A stretch of DNA of 64,000 bases from an uncultured Collinsella sp. (lineage in GTDB: Bacteria; Actinomycetota; Coriobacteriia; Coriobacteriales; Coriobacteriaceae): positions 8,629-72,628 of the forward strand of contig CABRNM010000002.1 in assembly GCA_902472315.1 (NCBI GenBank), in the 5' to 3' direction. Below, in pieces: positions 60,410 to 64,000 of this stretch (position 1 is the first letter of the stretch; the number at the start of each line of letters is the position of its first letter). The translations under genes were made by a program, and so were the position numbers. The notes under the pieces are model-generated. The model saw only the letters and a program-made list of their open reading frames with translations, was not told where the DNA came from and made no database searches.

Positions 60410-61689
60410 AGGTTTATCGTGAGTATCGGGGAACGTTTGAGCTGGTCGGAGAATTTGAGAGGGCCGACCCCGTAAACGAGACGTTTGCATATGATGAGGG
60501 ATATCTTGAACGCGACGATGCTGCCGCACTCTCAGCTTCTCTTCCCTTGCGACATGAGCCATATGCCAGCAATGAGTTTTCGGCCTTCTTTTCGGGCATG
60601 CTTCCCGAGGGCCCGGTTCGGCATGAGCTGTCGATGCGTTTTCAAATCCCCCAGTCAGACTATTTATCGATGCTCGAGCGTTTGGGCGATGAGTGCGTTG
60701 GTGCCTTGAGGTTTCTCGGCGATGAGAAATCGAGCTACGATCCGGGCTATCGTCCTCTGCAAGACGAGGATTTTGAGGCACTTTCTAAGGCGGAAGTGTT
60801 TGAGATTGCAAATGATATGCAGGATTCGAGGCTGTCGTTGGCGGGCGCTCAGTCTAAAACCGGTTGGTTTTTACCGCGCGGTAAAGATGCAAAAAAGGCC
60901 GGGTCGGGGGATTGGATGCTGCCGCTCGGCTCTGCCCCCTCGACTCACATAGTCAAGATTGCTTCAACTAAACATCCGGATTTGCCGTTCAACGAATTAA
61001 TTTGCATGACGGCAGCGTCTGCTGCTGGGCTTGAAATTGCCCGTTCAGAAGCTTCGGATACGATTCCTGGTGCGTTCTTTTCCGAGCGTTATGACAGAAT
61101 CTGGAGCAATGAGCCGCCGTCGATGAGCGGATTCGATGTGCCTCTGAGGCTGCATCAGGAGGATTTTTGCCAAGCGGTTGGCTGGCCTTCGTATATGAAA
61201 TACGAGACACGTCCCGATAGCTGCTATATGGCTCTTTGCGGCCGATTGATAAGAGAGCAATCGTCTAACGTAATTGCTGATACTCAAATGTTCGCTCGTC
61301 AGGTAATGGTCGATTATGCGTTGGGGAATTGCGACTCGCATCTCAAGAACCATTCGTTTCTTTATAGTCCGAGTTGGCGGGAAAAGAGGTTGGCCCCTGC
61401 ATACGATATTGTTTGCACGACGATAATGGGATACGACCATAATCTTGGGATTGATATTGGGGATCACCGGGTGATCGATGGGGTGACTCCTGAAGATTTC
61501 GAATTCATGTCTCAAGATTTGCATCTGCCACTCAAGATGATCAAGAACATCGCGGCGGAAGTGGCTGAAGAGGTGTCTGCCCAGCTTGCAGAACTTGCCT
61601 CTGCAACCGGAGATTTGGGTCGGGTCGCTCTGAAAATTCAGACGGATTCCGTTGAGAGAATGAGGGTTCTGGAGCAATTCTCAGCCTAA
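60400..61689 (+). CDS. hipA: HipA family kinase toxin
   Basis: LSASLP, SLAGAQSK, STHIVK, RYDR, HQEDFCQ, GNCDSHLKNHS, LAPAYD. Confidence 0.93.
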   Translation: MALKVYREYRGTFELVGEFERADPVNETFAYDEGYLERDDAAALSASLPLRHEPYASNEFSAFFSGMLPEGPVRHELSMRFQIPQSDYLSMLERLGDECVGALRFLGDEKSSYDPGYRPLQDEDFEALSKAEVFEIANDMQDSRLSLAGAQSKTGWFLPRGKDAKKAGSGDWMLPLGSAPSTHIVKIASTKHPDLPFNELICMTAASAAGLEIARSEASDTIPGAFFSERYDRIWSNEPPSMSGFDVPLRLHQEDFCQAVGWPSYMKYETRPDSCYMALCGRLIREQSSNVIADTQMFARQVMVDYALGNCDSHLKNHSFLYSPSWREKRLAPAYDIVCTTIMGYDHNLGIDIGDHRVIDGVTPEDFEFMSQDLHLPLKMIKNIAAEVAEEVSAQLAELASATGDLGRVALKIQTDSVERMRVLEQFSA

Positions 61690-61779
61690 AGCAAAGCGGG
61701 GCCACCGTAATGGTGGTCCCGCTCTTGGAAGACTTGGGCACGTGGGCTTGCGCTCCGCGATGCGTTAGGCGTACGTTTG

Positions 61780-62217
61780 CTACTTCACGACCAAGATGTC
61801 GCAGTCCGTATTGCGCAGCAGGAACGTCGAAATCGAACCCAGGAGCGCATACTTGATCGAGGACAGGCCGCGTGCGCCGCAGAGCACCAGGTCGGGCTTC
61901 ACCACGTCGAGCATCTCGTCTTTGAGCGTCTCGCGAATACGGCCGGCGCGAATCATGACCTCGACCTCGGGAATATCGGGATTGGCCTTGGCCTCTTCGA
62001 GCTGCTTGGCGATGGAGTTCTTAAATGCCTCCTCCAGTCCGTTGACCAGATCGACCGGATAGGAACCAGCGCTCTCGAGTGCCGTGGAATCGATAACGTG
62101 GCCGATAATCAGCTTGGCGCCGTTGTTCGCGGCGACCTTGATGGCGCGTGCGAGCACAAAATCCTGCTGCTCAGTACCGTCGAGCGAAACAAATACCTTG
62201 GTATAGCCCTCGTTCAT
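61780..62217 (-). CDS. Universal stress protein (UspA family)
   Basis: VSLDGT, DLVLCGARG...LLGSIS, CDILVVK. Confidence 0.93.
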   Translation of the reverse strand: MNEGYTKVFVSLDGTEQQDFVLARAIKVAANNGAKLIIGHVIDSTALESAGSYPVDLVNGLEEAFKNSIAKQLEEAKANPDIPEVEVMIRAGRIRETLKDEMLDVVKPDLVLCGARGLSSIKYALLGSISTFLLRNTDCDILVVK

Positions 62218-62464
62218 GGTTTCCTCCTTGGTCTATCGCACGGGCGCGGGGCTCGTGCGTCGGGCGGGCGCGGATGCGTGGCCGCCGGACACTTTATCTT
62301 GTTGCAGTTATACCCAAGGATTTGGGTTTGACCGCTCGCAATTCTGTGAACGGGCGAGTTTTTTGGTAAGGGTAGGCGCAGGCGCGCCGCCAACGGTTGA
62401 TAATGGGACATCGCCCGCACCGTCCGCAGAACAATATCGGCGGGTGTCTAACGAGGGGGTCCCT

Positions 62465-63439
62465 TTGGATATCATTGAGCTTCTAAAATCTGCCTTCATG
62501 GGCCTGGTCGAGGGCATCACCGAATGGCTGCCTGTTTCGTCGACCGGTCACATGATCTTGGTGGACGAGTTCGTCAAGATGAACGTGAGCGAGACGTTCT
62601 GGAATATGTTCCTGGTCGTGATTCAGCTTGGCGCCATTTTGGCCGTCTGCGTTTTGTTCTTCTACGACCTCAACCCGTTTTCTCCCAGCAAGGGCAAGGA
62701 GGGCCGTCGCGACACCTGGGTGCTATGGGGCAAGATTGTGCTCGGCTGCATTCCCGCCGCGGCGATCGGTCTGCCGCTTAACGACTGGATGGAGGAGCAT
62801 TTCTACAATGCTCCCGTCGTGGCGTTGGCGCTCATTGTGTACGGCGTGCTGTTTATCGTGATCGAGAACTGGCGCGCGAACAAGCGCGACCAGGCTGCTC
62901 TTGCCGGTTCGTTTGGTTCGCGTGCTGTGGTGGCGGGCGGACGTCCCGCCGGTGCGCATTTTGCCGCGCCCGCTGCGACTGCCGCCGCAGACGATGACGA
63001 TAGCTTGGACTTTGGCTCCATCACTACGCTCGAGGATCTGAGCTGGAAGACCGCGCTGGGTATCGGTTGCTTCCAGGTGCTTTCGCTGATTCCGGGCACA
63101 TCGCGCTCCGGCTCCACGATCATCGGCGGCTTGCTTTTGGGCTGCACGCGTTCGGTGGCGTCCAAGTTTACGTTCTTCCTGGCCATTCCCGTCATGTTTG
63201 GCGCGAGTGCGCTCAAGCTGGTCAAGTACTTTATTAAGGGCGGCACGTTCGGCACCAACGAAATCGCCATCCTGGGCGTGGGCTGCGTCGTCGCCTTTGT
63301 GGTGTCGCTCATTGCCATCAAGTGGCTTATGGGCTTCGTGCGCCGTCACGACTTCAAGTGCTTCGGCGTCTACCGCATCATCCTGGGCATCGTGGTGCTC
63401 GCGTACTTCTTTGTCCTGGAGCCTATGCTCGGCCTGTAA
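62465..63439 (+). CDS. uppP: Undecaprenyl-diphosphate phosphatase with low-complexity insertion
   Basis: EGITEWLPVSSTGH, IQLGAILAV, PGTSRSGSTI; TTG start inferred. Confidence 0.93.
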   Translation: MDIIELLKSAFMGLVEGITEWLPVSSTGHMILVDEFVKMNVSETFWNMFLVVIQLGAILAVCVLFFYDLNPFSPSKGKEGRRDTWVLWGKIVLGCIPAAAIGLPLNDWMEEHFYNAPVVALALIVYGVLFIVIENWRANKRDQAALAGSFGSRAVVAGGRPAGAHFAAPAATAAADDDDSLDFGSITTLEDLSWKTALGIGCFQVLSLIPGTSRSGSTIIGGLLLGCTRSVASKFTFFLAIPVMFGASALKLVKYFIKGGTFGTNEIAILGVGCVVAFVVSLIAIKWLMGFVRRHDFKCFGVYRIILGIVVLAYFFVLEPMLGL

Positions 63440-63733
63440 CTTGGTTGACGCTGCGCGGCGACCAGAGCGACAACTTGTCATTCAAAGGGGGTGGCATGAC
63501 CAAAAGGTCTATGCCGCCCCCTTTTCATGCCAATTTGTTCGCTCTGGCCGCCGCTCGCTGCTGCCATGACATCGGTGGCCCCCCAATGCACCAAATCCGC
63601 TGGGGCGGGCCTGACGGTGGCGCACGGAGTCGTGGTGTGATTTGCGTCGGTGTCCGCGCGGCTCGGTATACTGGTACGGCTCAAACTATGGCGCCGCCCG
63701 CAGGCGCGCCGTCCGTCAGATGAGGAGTCGCCC

Positions 63734-64000
63734 ATGACCCAGCCCCTGCCCTGGGAAAAGAACGCCGCGGTACCCGTACCGCCCGCGCCGGAACCCGTGC
63801 CGCTCGATGCATACACCGCCCCCGCTGCGCCGGAGCCCGAGCTCGTTCCGCTCGACATCTACGACGCTCCCGCGCCGGCGCCCAAGCCCGCCAAACCGCT
63901 CGTCGACATCGACAGCCTTAATCCCGCCCAGCGCGAGGCGGTCCTGTCCACCGAGGGCCCGTTGCTGGTGCTCGCCGGCGCCGGCTCGGGCAAGACCCGC
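63734..64000 (+). CDS. pcrA: UvrD/PcrA family helicase, N-terminal part (runs off the window)
   Basis: GAGGAG RBS; Pro-rich leader, then LNPAQREAV..EGPLLVLAGAGSGKTR. Confidence 0.88.
   Translation, partial: MTQPLPWEKNAAVPVPPAPEPVPLDAYTAPAAPEPELVPLDIYDAPAPAPKPAKPLVDIDSLNPAQREAVLSTEGPLLVLAGAGSGKTR

Overview
High-GC chromosomal segment whose gene content suggests a Coriobacteriia gut bacterium (Collinsella-like; inference). Core content: maltodextrin ABC transporter with malP/malQ, galE, murB, a full histidine operon opening with a HisZ-HisG fusion, mazG-eno-ftsB-ppx-tRNA-Leu(TAA), two two-component systems, gluQ, purH, uppP and the start of pcrA/uvrD. Accessory content: a putative defence island at ~42.1-51.0 kb (long hairpin element, Nudix, SauUSI-like PLD-helicase-DUF3427 type IV restriction enzyme split by an IS30 element with a 15-bp target duplication, AAA_14/DUF4143 ATPase, small membrane protein, two metallophosphoesterases), a second AAA_14/DUF4143 gene between mazG and eno, and a HipBA module with two mirror-image operators. 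The most striking unexplained structure: both AAA_14/DUF4143 genes are directly preceded by regularly spaced repeat arrays, and two gene-less intergenic arrays of alternating inverted motifs (2.3 kb, 15.4 kb) have similar geometry. Also present are tRNA-linked repeats, several REP/MITE-like families and a ~100-nt element in two copies with compensatory base changes. All family assignments come from motif recognition by eye; no searches were run.
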